Source: a virus
DNA: 64,000 bases
Direction: 5' to 3' (one strand)
Virus record (IMG/VR): IMGVR_UViG_3300021957_000004
The translations under genes were made by a program, and so were the position numbers. A model generated the notes under the pieces. That model made no database searches. It was not told where the DNA came from and saw only the letters and a program-made list of their open reading frames with translations. Shown here in pieces: positions 30,029 through 39,845 of this stretch (position 1 is its first letter; each line of letters starts with the position of its first letter).

Positions 30029-30499
30029 ATGGCATTAACAGATAATAAAAACTTTCTTAGCCCAGTAGGCTTTGCATTTAAAATAGATACCACAGAGTTT
30101 CCAAATCTGGAATACTTCTGCACGGCAGTTAACTTACCAGGAATTACTTCAGGCGACACACCTTTGCCTTATCGAGGAGTTAATATAGCTATGTCTGGTG
30201 ATCGTATGTCATTCGAAGATCTTTCTATAAGGTTTAACATAACAGAAAATATGGAAAACTATATAGAAACATTTGATTGGATGCACAATTTAATACAAAA
30301 GAAAGATGCTGATAAAAACTATAAAAATGACGCTACGCTATTAATATATAGCTCACATAATAACATCAATAAAGAAATCAAATTCTTTGACATATTCCCA
30401 GTACAATTAAGTTCTGTGGAATTCAACGCTCAAGGAACCGACATAGAATACTTACAGGCAGATCTAGTTCTTAAGTATACTTCATTCGAATTCGTTTAA
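30029..30499 (+). CDS. gp3: Tail completion protein, gp3-like
   Basis: NFLSPVGF.F, YFCTAVNLPG, tube-like fold pattern; syntenic before uvsY. Confidence 0.8.
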   Translation: MALTDNKNFLSPVGFAFKIDTTEFPNLEYFCTAVNLPGITSGDTPLPYRGVNIAMSGDRMSFEDLSIRFNITENMENYIETFDWMHNLIQKKDADKNYKNDATLLIYSSHNNINKEIKFFDIFPVQLSSVEFNAQGTDIEYLQADLVLKYTSFEFV

Positions 30500-30506
30500 T
30501 AAAGGG

Positions 30507-30535
30507 TTTACTTTTACGGTAAACTGTGGTATAAT
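30507..30535 (+). promoter_or_regulatory. Early sigma70-type promoter (gggTTTACt-17-tggTATAAT)
   Basis: Matches the T4 early consensus GTTTAC plus extended -10; the motif occurs 12 times in the window. Confidence 0.85.
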
Positions 30536-30542
30536 AGATACT

Positions 30543-30989
30543 ATGAATAATTTAGAAACAATAATGGAAATGTGGAAGAAAGATAGTGAGATTGATGAAA
30601 TGAATCTTGACGAATCTTCCCGTGCAACAGCAAAACTACACTCAAAATACCTAGAACTATATACAGTAAATAAGCTTAAGTTAAGAAAATTAGATCTTGA
30701 TTTAAAGGTTATATTAAGAGATAAGTTCAATCACTATAATGGTAAATTAGATCAGGAAGATTTAGATCGTCTTGGTTGGGATTACGATCCACTTAATGGG
30801 TTAACGGTACTTAAATCTGATATGGATAAATACTATGATGCAGATCCTGTAATACAAGAGCATCAATCTAAGATGATCTATACAGAAGAACTAGTCGCTG
30901 CTTTAAAAGAAATATTAGAAAGCGTTAAGTGGAGACATCAGACAATAAAAAATATGATTGAGTGGCGTAAATTTACTAGTGGAATATAG
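30543..30989 (+). CDS. uvsY: Recombination mediator UvsY
   Basis: MWKKDSEID..NLD.SS....LHSKYL; R..TIKNMIEWRKF. Confidence 0.9.
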   Translation: MNNLETIMEMWKKDSEIDEMNLDESSRATAKLHSKYLELYTVNKLKLRKLDLDLKVILRDKFNHYNGKLDQEDLDRLGWDYDPLNGLTVLKSDMDKYYDADPVIQEHQSKMIYTEELVAALKEILESVKWRHQTIKNMIEWRKFTSGI

Positions 30990-31854
30990 AATACACCAAG
31001 AAAAATTTAAAAACATGGATCGTTTTTACGATGTAGTTCGTAGCGCCATGAATAAGTTAGGTCATACTGAATCAAATACTAAGGGAGATATTAACTTCTA
31101 TAATCATTTAGAAAATAATAACAAGTTTAGTAATGATGTTATTATATTAAAGCCTACCGCGCCTACTTCAAAACATTTTACATTAGACCGAATGGGATAT
31201 GCTAATACATCAGAATTAGCCTATAAAGAGCCAAAGGTAAATGATGATATAGAGCAAATGGATTGGCAAGGTATTATAGATCTTAGAAACACCAAGCCGA
31301 ATAAATGGGATGATTCCATTTTACTTAAATGGCGACCAGCTAAAAAGATTAAACAACATATCCTTATCATTGGCCAGCAGCCCCACGACGAAACAGTAAA
31401 TGGATTTGGATTTGGTGATCATTGGAAAAAACTTACCATGATCGTGGATTATCTATTTAATGAACCTATTATTGTTAAACTACATCCAGCTATGAAAATA
31501 CGCGGTAAAGTAAAAGATCAAATAGATAGATGGATTCAAAGAGGAATAGATGTACGAATTGGGTATAATAGCATTCATGACTTTTTACCTTATACTACTT
31601 GTGCTATTGTAGATAATAGTACAGCAGGAATAGAATGCTTAATGCACGAAGTTCCAGTTATATCATACGGTTGGCCAGAATATCATTGGGCAACTAAAAA
31701 ATTACAAACATTACCCCAATTAGATATGCTAATACACAACCCAGAAGAATGGAACAACCCTGTATACGCAAGACAGTTTATTGAATGGTACATAAACCAT
31801 TACCTTTGTACTGATATAAATAATACCATGAGAAGATTAAAAGAACTTTTATAA
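30979..31854 (+). CDS. Capsule-synthesis (KpsS/KpsC-like) GT-B glycosyltransferase-like protein
   Basis: IIGQQPHD, IIVKLHP, IVDNSTAGIECLMH.VPVISYG; GTG start overlapping the uvsY end is inferred. Confidence 0.65.
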   Translation: MEYRIHQEKFKNMDRFYDVVRSAMNKLGHTESNTKGDINFYNHLENNNKFSNDVIILKPTAPTSKHFTLDRMGYANTSELAYKEPKVNDDIEQMDWQGIIDLRNTKPNKWDDSILLKWRPAKKIKQHILIIGQQPHDETVNGFGFGDHWKKLTMIVDYLFNEPIIVKLHPAMKIRGKVKDQIDRWIQRGIDVRIGYNSIHDFLPYTTCAIVDNSTAGIECLMHEVPVISYGWPEYHWATKKLQTLPQLDMLIHNPEEWNNPVYARQFIEWYINHYLCTDINNTMRRLKELL

Positions 31855-33347
31855 TGGACCAGATTAATATTACCAAGAAGAACGAATCGTTCCTGCATTT
31901 AGAAACTGATCCTGGGATCGAGATGGAATTATCAGAGCATTTCTGCTTCTTTGTGCCTGGTTATAAATTTATGCCTGCATATCGTAATAAGTTTTGGGAT
32001 GGAAAAATACGCCTGTTTGATACGCGTAAAAAAACTCTATATAATGGTTTGTATAAGTATCTTAAACAATTTGCAGCAGAGCGCGAATACGAAGTCCTGA
32101 CCAATGATTCAGCACAGTATGGAAGTGTAGAGCCAGAAAAACTCCCATTAGATTTTGGGACTGCGCCAATACTAACATCCAACCAAATACCTATTACCCC
32201 AAGAGATTATCAATTAGATGCATTAGAACATGCATTAAAGAACGAAAGAAGTTTATTACTATCACCAACCGCATCTGGTAAATCCCTTATAATATATCTT
32301 GCAGCGAGATGGTATATAGAACAACACCCTAGTCTTAAAATACTAATTGTAGTTCCTACAGTATCGTTAGTTGAACAAATGTATTCAGACTTCGAAGACT
32401 ATAGTTCTACTGATGAGCATTTCCATACAGATGAATATGCTATGAAAATCCATGGTGGTACTGTAAAAGGTGAACGTATGGGTAGAATAGTTATATCCAC
32501 GTGGCAATCAATCTACAAAAGACCAGCTGAATTCTTTCAGAACTTTGGGATGGTTATTGGCGATGAAGCACACCAATTTAAAGCTAAGTCTATGACTGCT
32601 TTAATGGAAAAATGTACGGAAGCTAAATATAGAATTGGAACAACAGGTACATTAGATGGAACACAAACACACCAATTAGTGTTAGAAGGATTATTCGGTC
32701 CAGTACATAAAGTAACTACAACCAAAGATTTAATAGATGACGGGCAATTAGCTAAGTTAAATATTAGTATGCTTTTATTAAAGTATAAAGAAGAACACTG
32801 TAAAGAAATATCTAAACTAAAATACCAAGAAGAAATAGATTTTATTGTAAGGTATACACCAAGAAATAATTTTATATCTAACCTTGCTATTGACCAAGAT
32901 GGTAATACATTAGTCCTGTTTAATTACGTCGAAAAGCACGGCAAACCCTTACATAACATCTTAAAAGATAAACTAAAGAATAAGAATAGAAAGCTTTTTT
33001 ATGTCTCGGGCGAGACGGACGTGGACACCCGCGAGAGCGTAAGATCAATAACCGAAAAAGAAAATGATGCTATTATTGTTGCTTCATTAGGTACATTTTC
33101 TACAGGTATAAATATTAGAAACCTACATAACATTATCTTTGCTTCTCCGAGTAAATCACAGATAAGAGTATTACAAAGTATTGGTAGAGGTTTAAGAAAA
33201 AGTGATAGAGATACAAAAGTATTTGATATAGCAGATGATTTACATTGGAAGACAAATAAGAATTATACCCTAAATCATGCAGCAGAAAGAATTAAAATAT
33301 ATTCAAAAGAAAAATTTGATTATGAATTATTTGAGATAAATATATAA
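31854..33347 (+). CDS. uvsW: DNA helicase UvsW
   Basis: WDGKIRLF, SPTASGKS, DEAH, QSIGRGLR. Confidence 0.96.
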   Translation: MDQINITKKNESFLHLETDPGIEMELSEHFCFFVPGYKFMPAYRNKFWDGKIRLFDTRKKTLYNGLYKYLKQFAAEREYEVLTNDSAQYGSVEPEKLPLDFGTAPILTSNQIPITPRDYQLDALEHALKNERSLLLSPTASGKSLIIYLAARWYIEQHPSLKILIVVPTVSLVEQMYSDFEDYSSTDEHFHTDEYAMKIHGGTVKGERMGRIVISTWQSIYKRPAEFFQNFGMVIGDEAHQFKAKSMTALMEKCTEAKYRIGTTGTLDGTQTHQLVLEGLFGPVHKVTTTKDLIDDGQLAKLNISMLLLKYKEEHCKEISKLKYQEEIDFIVRYTPRNNFISNLAIDQDGNTLVLFNYVEKHGKPLHNILKDKLKNKNRKLFYVSGETDVDTRESVRSITEKENDAIIVASLGTFSTGINIRNLHNIIFASPSKSQIRVLQSIGRGLRKSDRDTKVFDIADDLHWKTNKNYTLNHAAERIKIYSKEKFDYELFEINI

Positions 33348-33348
33348 T

Positions 33349-33741
33349 ATGGAAGATTTAAATATAAGACATTTTAAACTTATGAATGGTGAAGATATCA
33401 TAGGTGTTGTATCTGTTAAAAATGATGATAGTTGGCTAATAGAAAGACCAGTACTTATTCAATCCAACATACTTGGCGGATTTCAGTTTACACATTGGTT
33501 CCCTTTTTCAAATACGAAAGTACATAAGCTACAATTTACTAGTATTATTAACAGTACTGGTATCGATCAAGACATAAAAGAAGATTACCTTAATTTTGTG
33601 CTCACTGCTAAGAAACGCACACGTAAGATAGAATCAGATATGGATGTGATGGCACAAATGGAAGCAGCCGTTGATCGTAGAGTAGAGGATGAGTTTAATG
33701 AAGGTAACCTTATTAAGGATAAGAAGAAGATAATTCATTAG
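33349..33741 (+). CDS. Conserved T4-like hypothetical protein (Sm-like, FKL.NGEDII)
   Basis: N-terminal motif shared with 48924-49223; usual position before gp55. Confidence 0.6.
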   Translation: MEDLNIRHFKLMNGEDIIGVVSVKNDDSWLIERPVLIQSNILGGFQFTHWFPFSNTKVHKLQFTSIINSTGIDQDIKEDYLNFVLTAKKRTRKIESDMDVMAQMEAAVDRRVEDEFNEGNLIKDKKKIIH

Positions 33742-33770
33742 TGTACCTCTTCCCTCGAAAGTACTCTATT

Positions 33771-33799
33771 ATTATATCATATAAACTACGATTTGTAAA
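33771..33799 (-). promoter_or_regulatory. Antisense early promoter (ggTTTACA-17-tgaTATAAT), divergent from the gp55 promoter
   Basis: Reverse complement reads GGTTTACAAATCGTAGTTTATATGATATAAT. Confidence 0.75.
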
Positions 33800-33834
33800 C
33801 CTTTTTTTTAATTATTTTTAAATTAATTTAATGG

Positions 33835-33863
33835 TTTACTTTTAGTTAAAACTATGGTATAAT
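33835..33863 (+). promoter_or_regulatory. Early promoter for gp55
   Basis: ggTTTACT-17-tggTATAAT. Confidence 0.85.
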
Positions 33864-33896
33864 ATACATTACTATGCTAAATTATGGAGATTAATA

Positions 33897-34463
33897 ATGG
33901 CAACAAAAAAGAACAAAGCTCATTATATTAACAATAAAGAGTTTTCTTTAGCTGTAGTAGATTACGTTAAATCTGCCACACTAGCTAAAGAGAAAAATAA
34001 AACAATACCTGTCGTAACAGATTATATTGCTAGATGCTTTATAAAGATTGCGGAAGGATTATCCCACAGACCAAACTTTGTAAGATATACCTATAGAGAA
34101 GAAATGGTTATGGATGCAGTAGAAAACTGTTTAAGAGCTATAAACAATTATAATATTGACACAGCTACAAGAACAGGAAATCCAAATGCATTCTCTTACT
34201 TTACTCAGATTTGCTTCTACGCTTTTATTCGTAGGATTACTAAAGAGAAAAAACAACAAGAGATTAAATTTAAATTCATCGAAAAGATGGGTATAGAGGA
34301 TTTTGTTGAAATGGGTATGGATGGAAATGTAGCTCAGGAAACAATGAACTACGTAGATACTTTAAGGCAAAGAATTAGCCAGATCGCAACTAAAGATAAG
34401 GCAGTAAAAGAATTTGCTCAAAAGGAAAAGAAAGAAAAGAAATTAGAACTGTTTATGGGGTAA
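33897..34463 (+). CDS. gp55: Late-transcription sigma factor gp55
   Basis: HYINNKEF, IAEGLSHRPNF..YTYREEMVMDAVENC, NAFSYFTQI. Confidence 0.95.
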   Translation: MATKKNKAHYINNKEFSLAVVDYVKSATLAKEKNKTIPVVTDYIARCFIKIAEGLSHRPNFVRYTYREEMVMDAVENCLRAINNYNIDTATRTGNPNAFSYFTQICFYAFIRRITKEKKQQEIKFKFIEKMGIEDFVEMGMDGNVAQETMNYVDTLRQRISQIATKDKAVKEFAQKEKKEKKLELFMG

Positions 34464-34465
34464 TT

Positions 34466-34654
34466 ATGAAGAAGATGTCAACCAAACAAAAAACTGCTCA
34501 CAATAGAGTGACCGCCAAAAGGCGTAAGTCATTTATGAAAAGACGAGCACATGTTGCTATACTAAAAGCAGCTTATAAAAAATCATCTGAGATATCTAGA
34601 CAATTAGAAAAGATTAGATATAGACAAGTCAAAGCGGCCAAGGCAGCACAATGA
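34466..34654 (+). CDS. Small, highly basic protein
   Basis: 62 aa, K/R-rich; tightly packed between gp55 and gp47. Confidence 0.6.
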   Translation: MKKMSTKQKTAHNRVTAKRRKSFMKRRAHVAILKAAYKKSSEISRQLEKIRYRQVKAAKAAQ

Positions 34655-35712
34655 AGGTAGCAATATTAAATGACACCCACTGCGGTGTTAGGAATTCAAG
34701 TGATATATTTTTAAACTATCAAGGTGCTTTTTATAGGGATGTATTTTTTCCATATTTAAAAGAGCATGGTATTAAAAACATATTACACTTAGGTGATTAC
34801 TATGAGCATAGAAAGTTTGTTAACTTTAAAGCTTTAAACCAAAATAGAAAAGACTTCTTAGAACCTATGCGTGATGCTGGTATTACTATGGATATTATTC
34901 CTGGCAATCATGATGTATACTTTAAGAATACCAATGAGCTATGCTCCCTTAAAGAGCTTCTAGGCTACTTTACATCTAATGTTAACATTATCATGAAGCC
35001 AACCGTATTAGATTACGATGGTTTGGGCGTAGCAGTTATACCATGGATCAACAATGCTAACTATGAAGAATACACAAAATGGGCTATGAATTGCAAAGCT
35101 CCTATCCTTGGTGCACATCTAGAATTAAAAGGTTTTGAAATGATGGCAGGTATGCCTAATCCACATGGCATGAATGCAGATATATTTGGTAATTATGAAT
35201 CAGTATTATCTGGACACTTCCATACAAAATCATCACAGAACAATGTACATTATCTAGGTTCGCAAATGGAATTCACCTGGGCAGATGTTGACGATCCTAA
35301 ATATTTTCATATATTAGATACTGAGACACGCGAGATCACGCCCGTGCGTAACCCTATTACTATGTTTAAAAAGATTGTATACGATGATAGCAAAACAGAT
35401 TATAACGCTGTAGATGTTAGCGAATACGAAAAGAAATTTATTAAACTAATTGTTCTTAAGAAAGACGATTTATACATGTTTGATAAGTTCATAGATAAAC
35501 TACAGAGTATAGAAACTTATGAGCTAAAGATAGCAGAATCATTTGAAGAGTATATGGGAGAAAGCGTCGAAGACGAGAAAATATCCCTCGAAGATACAAC
35601 ACAACTTCTAGATTCCTATGTCGATGCAGTAGAAACCGATCTGGATAAAGATCACATTAAGGTAGAGTTAAGAAAACTTTACACTGAGGCGCAGAACCTA
35701 GAGGTAGTATGA
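34651..35712 (+). CDS. gp47: Recombination nuclease gp47 (Mre11/SbcD-like)
   Basis: DTHCG, HLGD, GNHD, SGHFH. Confidence 0.95.
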   Translation: MKVAILNDTHCGVRNSSDIFLNYQGAFYRDVFFPYLKEHGIKNILHLGDYYEHRKFVNFKALNQNRKDFLEPMRDAGITMDIIPGNHDVYFKNTNELCSLKELLGYFTSNVNIIMKPTVLDYDGLGVAVIPWINNANYEEYTKWAMNCKAPILGAHLELKGFEMMAGMPNPHGMNADIFGNYESVLSGHFHTKSSQNNVHYLGSQMEFTWADVDDPKYFHILDTETREITPVRNPITMFKKIVYDDSKTDYNAVDVSEYEKKFIKLIVLKKDDLYMFDKFIDKLQSIETYELKIAESFEEYMGESVEDEKISLEDTTQLLDSYVDAVETDLDKDHIKVELRKLYTEAQNLEVV

Positions 35713-37424
35713 TACAATTTAAATCATGTAAGTGGGAGAATTTTCTTTCCACAGGCAGTGACCCAATAACAATATTATTAGATAAATCCCCAACAACATT
35801 AATCGTAGGACAAAACGGAGCAGGTAAATCTACTTTACTTGACGCTTTATCGTTTGCTTTATTTAATAAACCACATAGAGATATAAACAAAAACCAATTA
35901 GTGAATAGTATTAATGGTAAGAAAACTTTAGTAGAAGTAGAATTTAAAATAGGAAACCAAGACTTTAAAATTGTAAGAGGTATTAAGCCTGCACGATTTG
36001 AAATTTGGCAGAACAATAATATGATTAATCAATCTAGTAATGCTAGAGATTATCAAAAGTTCCTAGAGCAGAACATATTAAAGCTAAATCATAAATCATT
36101 CCACCAAGTGGTTGTATTAGGATCTAGTTCTTTTATTCCTTTTATGCAATTACCTGCTTGGTCACGTAGATCTGTTATAGAAGACTTATTGGATATTAAT
36201 ATATTCTCTAAGATGAATACACTGTTAAAAGAACGTAACTCCAAAATAAAAGACGAGTTAGTTGATATTAACCATAGGATAGAATTACTTAAAACAAAGA
36301 TAACTGGGCAAAATAAGTACATTAAAGATTTACAATCGCTTAACCAAGACCAGATAGAAAAGAAAGAAGATTCAATCGAAGTACATAAAAAAGAAATTAA
36401 ATCTACCTTTGAGGAAAGCAGAGACTTAGGACAAAATCTCGAGACCTTATTAAAAGAGGAGGATAAACGGTATAAAACTACTAATGACGAAATGTCCAAT
36501 TTAAAGTCCCATGACCTCCAGCATACCAGTAAGATTAAAGAGTTAGTAGGTCAGGCAAGATTTTATGAAGATAATGATCAATGCCCAACCTGTGATCAAG
36601 ATATAGAACAATCATTAAAAGAAAGTAAAATAGAAGATATTAAAAAATCTGCTGCTAACGTTCAACAAAATAAAACTATATTAAGTAAACAGATAGAAGA
36701 TGCTAAGGCAGAACTACAGGATATTCAAAACAAAACTAATCAGCTTAGACAGAAACAACAAAAGATTAATTCTAACAATGAGAAGATTACGGTATTACAA
36801 AAAGAAATAGATCGGGTACAAAAAGAAATTGGTCAGCTAAGTAGCGCCACGGGAGATGTATCTAAGGCTAAGAAAGAGCTAAACAATAGCAGAAAATCCA
36901 AAGAAGATATTACCGAAAAGAAATTACAGTATGTAGAAGAAAGAACATACAATGAAGTCATTGGGGAAATGCTTAAAGACACCGGTATTAAAACTAAGGT
37001 CATTAAGCAGTACCTACCGGTTATGAATAGGTTAATTAATCAATACTTACAAATACTAGACTTCTTCGTAGCATTCCACTTAGATGAAAACTTTAATGAA
37101 ACAATTAGATCAAGACATAGAGATAGTTTTAATTATAGCTCTTTTTCTGAAGGTGAAAAACAAAGAATCGATTTAAGTTTATTATTTACTTGGAGACAGG
37201 TTGCTAAGATGAAGAATAGTGCAGCTACCAATTTGTTGGTCCTCGATGAAACATTTGATAGTTCATTAGACCACGATGGAATAGAAAGCTTAACTAAGAT
37301 TTTATCTACTTTAGAAGATGGAACAAACGTATTCATTATCTCCCATAAAGGTGATATCCTGGAGAACAAGTTCAGATCTAAGATAGAATTCTTTAAACAA
37401 AAGAACTTCTCAAAGATAAAATAA
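35709..37424 (+). CDS. gp46: Recombination ATPase gp46 (Rad50/SbcC-like)
   Basis: GQNGAGKS, CPTC hook, FSEGEK, LDETFD. Confidence 0.96.
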   Translation: MIQFKSCKWENFLSTGSDPITILLDKSPTTLIVGQNGAGKSTLLDALSFALFNKPHRDINKNQLVNSINGKKTLVEVEFKIGNQDFKIVRGIKPARFEIWQNNNMINQSSNARDYQKFLEQNILKLNHKSFHQVVVLGSSSFIPFMQLPAWSRRSVIEDLLDINIFSKMNTLLKERNSKIKDELVDINHRIELLKTKITGQNKYIKDLQSLNQDQIEKKEDSIEVHKKEIKSTFEESRDLGQNLETLLKEEDKRYKTTNDEMSNLKSHDLQHTSKIKELVGQARFYEDNDQCPTCDQDIEQSLKESKIEDIKKSAANVQQNKTILSKQIEDAKAELQDIQNKTNQLRQKQQKINSNNEKITVLQKEIDRVQKEIGQLSSATGDVSKAKKELNNSRKSKEDITEKKLQYVEERTYNEVIGEMLKDTGIKTKVIKQYLPVMNRLINQYLQILDFFVAFHLDENFNETIRSRHRDSFNYSSFSEGEKQRIDLSLLFTWRQVAKMKNSAATNLLVLDETFDSSLDHDGIESLTKILSTLEDGTNVFIISHKGDILENKFRSKIEFFKQKNFSKIK

Positions 37425-37512
37425 CGTAACGTCACAGCCACGTCACAAATACGTAACGAATCGTCACAGATGCAAAATAGTTGTTTACATCTACCTTGAA
37501 CTACGGTATAAT
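37425..37512 (+). promoter_or_regulatory. Early promoter (-35 at 37484, -10 at 37507) with upstream CGTCAC/CGTAAC repeats at 10-11 bp spacing
   Basis: Repeats start at 37430, 37441, 37452 and 37462. Confidence 0.8.
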
Positions 37513-37544
37513 ACATCTATACTTTAAAAAAATAAGGAGTTTTA

Positions 37545-39737
37545 ATGTTACAATCATCTATATTACCAAAATTACTAGCTAAGGAAGATATTACTATTAG
37601 ACATGGTAATTATCATACTGCCTGGTTCGATGTAAAAAATAGGGTCCTAGGATTACCTAATTGGAAAGATATGGGCAAAGACGTTTATGATCTATTATGT
37701 GGTCATGAAGTTGGTCATGCATTATTTACTCCAGAGTCTGGATGGCATGATAGCCCAGAAAAATTAAAAGGCGCTCCTAGATCTTACTTAAATGTTATCG
37801 AAGATGCTAGAATAGAAAGAGAAATTAGAAACACATATCCTGGTTTAATCGCTGCAATGCAACGTGGTTATAACCAATTACTTAAAAGAGATTTCTTTGG
37901 TGATATCTATAATTTAGAATGGGACCAAATTAAACTTATTGATAAGATTAACCTTAAAACAAAATTAGGTTCTATGATCGAAGTTCCATTTAATGATGTA
38001 GAACAAGGATTTTTAGATAGAGCTTTTACCAACAAAACTTGGGATCAAGTAGTTCAGTTAGCAAAAGACGTCCTAAAGTATACTCAAGAAAACCAAGACG
38101 AGCTATTACAGCCACAGGAATTACCGCAAGTTGTTCAAGACGTTATGGATAAAATCGAAGAGATGGAAGATAACCAAGAGCAAGAAGATCAGGGCCCACA
38201 AGGCGGTCATGATGATTATCCAGCAGACCAGGAAGAAGCTCCAGAGTCTAATGAAGGTGAAGAAGAAGTTCAGAATGCAAACGCAGAAGAATCTGAAGAA
38301 GAATCCCTAGAATCATTAAAAGAAAAATTAGAAGAATTATCTTCTCGACCAGAATATCAACCAGATGAAGATATATCTGTTACAGATGAAACCTATAGAT
38401 CTAAAGAAGAAGAGTTATTGGATCTCGGCAGAGATGGTAGTGGTTATACTACAATAAACGAACTAAGACCTTTTCATATTGAAAATGCTGTTATTGGATA
38501 TGACCAATTAACAAAAGAAAGAGAATGGAAAGCTAAGTACTTTGAAGAAGATCTAACTAAGGATGTAGAAAATTTTAAAAAGTATGTTAAAGAAACTAAA
38601 AGATCTGTTAACTTTGCAGTTAAAGAATTCGAGCAAAGAAAGGCAGCGTTTAGATATCAAAGAGCAACTACTGCCAAAACCGGTAGATTGGATGTTGGCA
38701 AGCTTTGGTCTTACAAAACTTCAGAAGATATATTCTCTCAAGTAACTACCTTAGCAGATGCTAAAAATCACGGTATGATTATGCTTGTAGATTATTCTGG
38801 TTCAATGGCTAATTCAATGCCTTATGTTATGGATCAGCTTTTACATATGGTTCACTTCTGTAAAGCTATTAATATCCCATTCGATGTTTATGGATTTACT
38901 ACACAAAACTCAGCATTCAAATATGACGAAACTACATTTACTAGCCAAATTCAAGATGGCGATTTAGACATGGGTGATCTTTCTATGCCTTTAGTTTGTT
39001 CTTCAAGCTTTAATAAAAAACAATTTACAGATGCTATCTATCACATGTACTTAAGAAAGGCAGATGATTACTGGGGATCAAGAGCACCTTTAGCTAAAAG
39101 CGAAGAGTATGGCGGCACTCCACTAGATCAAGCGCTAGTGGTATCTCACCACTTGGTTAAAGAGTTTAAGAATAAGCATAGAGTAGAAAAAATGAATTTC
39201 GTTACTTTTACAGATGGCGATTCAGGAACTATGCATGCAATCCAAGACGAAAAGATGGCAAGCAAAAAAGTTAGTTCTAGAAGTTATAGAGGCGAAAGAA
39301 TTATTATTATAAACAAAAAAAGAATAGAGCTAAATAGCTATAGAGCTACTGAGGATCTTCTTCAAAATATGGCTAAGACCCTAAACGTAAAAACAATGGG
39401 CTTTTTTATGGCAGATGATGCTCATCACTTTAGACAAAGAGTTGGTATGCTAGCACAATACTGTGATCAAGATATCTATCATAATGAAGATTTTAGAAAA
39501 GAATGTACTAAAGAATTTACTAAAAACAAATGCATCCACAAACCGAATGCTTTTGGATATGATAACTACTACTTGCTTAAAGGTGGTAAAACTCTATCTG
39601 CAGAGAATGGTGAATTCGAAGAAAAGGTTACAGAAGATATGTCAGATGCTCAGATCAGAACAGCGTTTAAGAAGTTTAGCAAAGGTAAGAAAACCAATAA
39701 GGTTCTTATGACATCCATTGGTCAAGCAGTTGCTTAA
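37545..39737 (+). CDS. HExxH metallopeptidase-like plus vWA domain protein (CobT-like partner of the MoxR ATPase)
   Basis: GHEVGHA, NVIEDARIE, acidic linker, MIDAS-like DYSGSM...GGTPL...TDG. Confidence 0.8.
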   Translation: MLQSSILPKLLAKEDITIRHGNYHTAWFDVKNRVLGLPNWKDMGKDVYDLLCGHEVGHALFTPESGWHDSPEKLKGAPRSYLNVIEDARIEREIRNTYPGLIAAMQRGYNQLLKRDFFGDIYNLEWDQIKLIDKINLKTKLGSMIEVPFNDVEQGFLDRAFTNKTWDQVVQLAKDVLKYTQENQDELLQPQELPQVVQDVMDKIEEMEDNQEQEDQGPQGGHDDYPADQEEAPESNEGEEEVQNANAEESEEESLESLKEKLEELSSRPEYQPDEDISVTDETYRSKEEELLDLGRDGSGYTTINELRPFHIENAVIGYDQLTKEREWKAKYFEEDLTKDVENFKKYVKETKRSVNFAVKEFEQRKAAFRYQRATTAKTGRLDVGKLWSYKTSEDIFSQVTTLADAKNHGMIMLVDYSGSMANSMPYVMDQLLHMVHFCKAINIPFDVYGFTTQNSAFKYDETTFTSQIQDGDLDMGDLSMPLVCSSSFNKKQFTDAIYHMYLRKADDYWGSRAPLAKSEEYGGTPLDQALVVSHHLVKEFKNKHRVEKMNFVTFTDGDSGTMHAIQDEKMASKKVSSRSYRGERIIIINKKRIELNSYRATEDLLQNMAKTLNVKTMGFFMADDAHHFRQRVGMLAQYCDQDIYHNEDFRKECTKEFTKNKCIHKPNAFGYDNYYLLKGGKTLSAENGEFEEKVTEDMSDAQIRTAFKKFSKGKKTNKVLMTSIGQAVA

Positions 39738-39745
39738 TCGAAAAG

Positions 39746-39810
39746 TTACGTCACAATTTCGTGAACTTTTCAAATTAGGGGTTTACATCCCCTTAAAAAT
39801 ACGGTATAAT
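39746..39810 (+). promoter_or_regulatory. Early promoter (-35 at 39782) with conserved upstream box TTACGTCACAATTTCGTGAACTTTTCAAATTA
   Basis: Box is 29/32 identical to 59148-59179. Confidence 0.82.
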
Positions 39811-39845
39811 GGTACCTATATTTAAAAAGATAAGGAGTCTATATA

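Noticed and set aside
33874-33894. 6-codon uORF (MLNYGD) ahead of gp55
   Set aside because: Too short to distinguish from chance in AT-rich DNA; gp55 has its own GGAG SD
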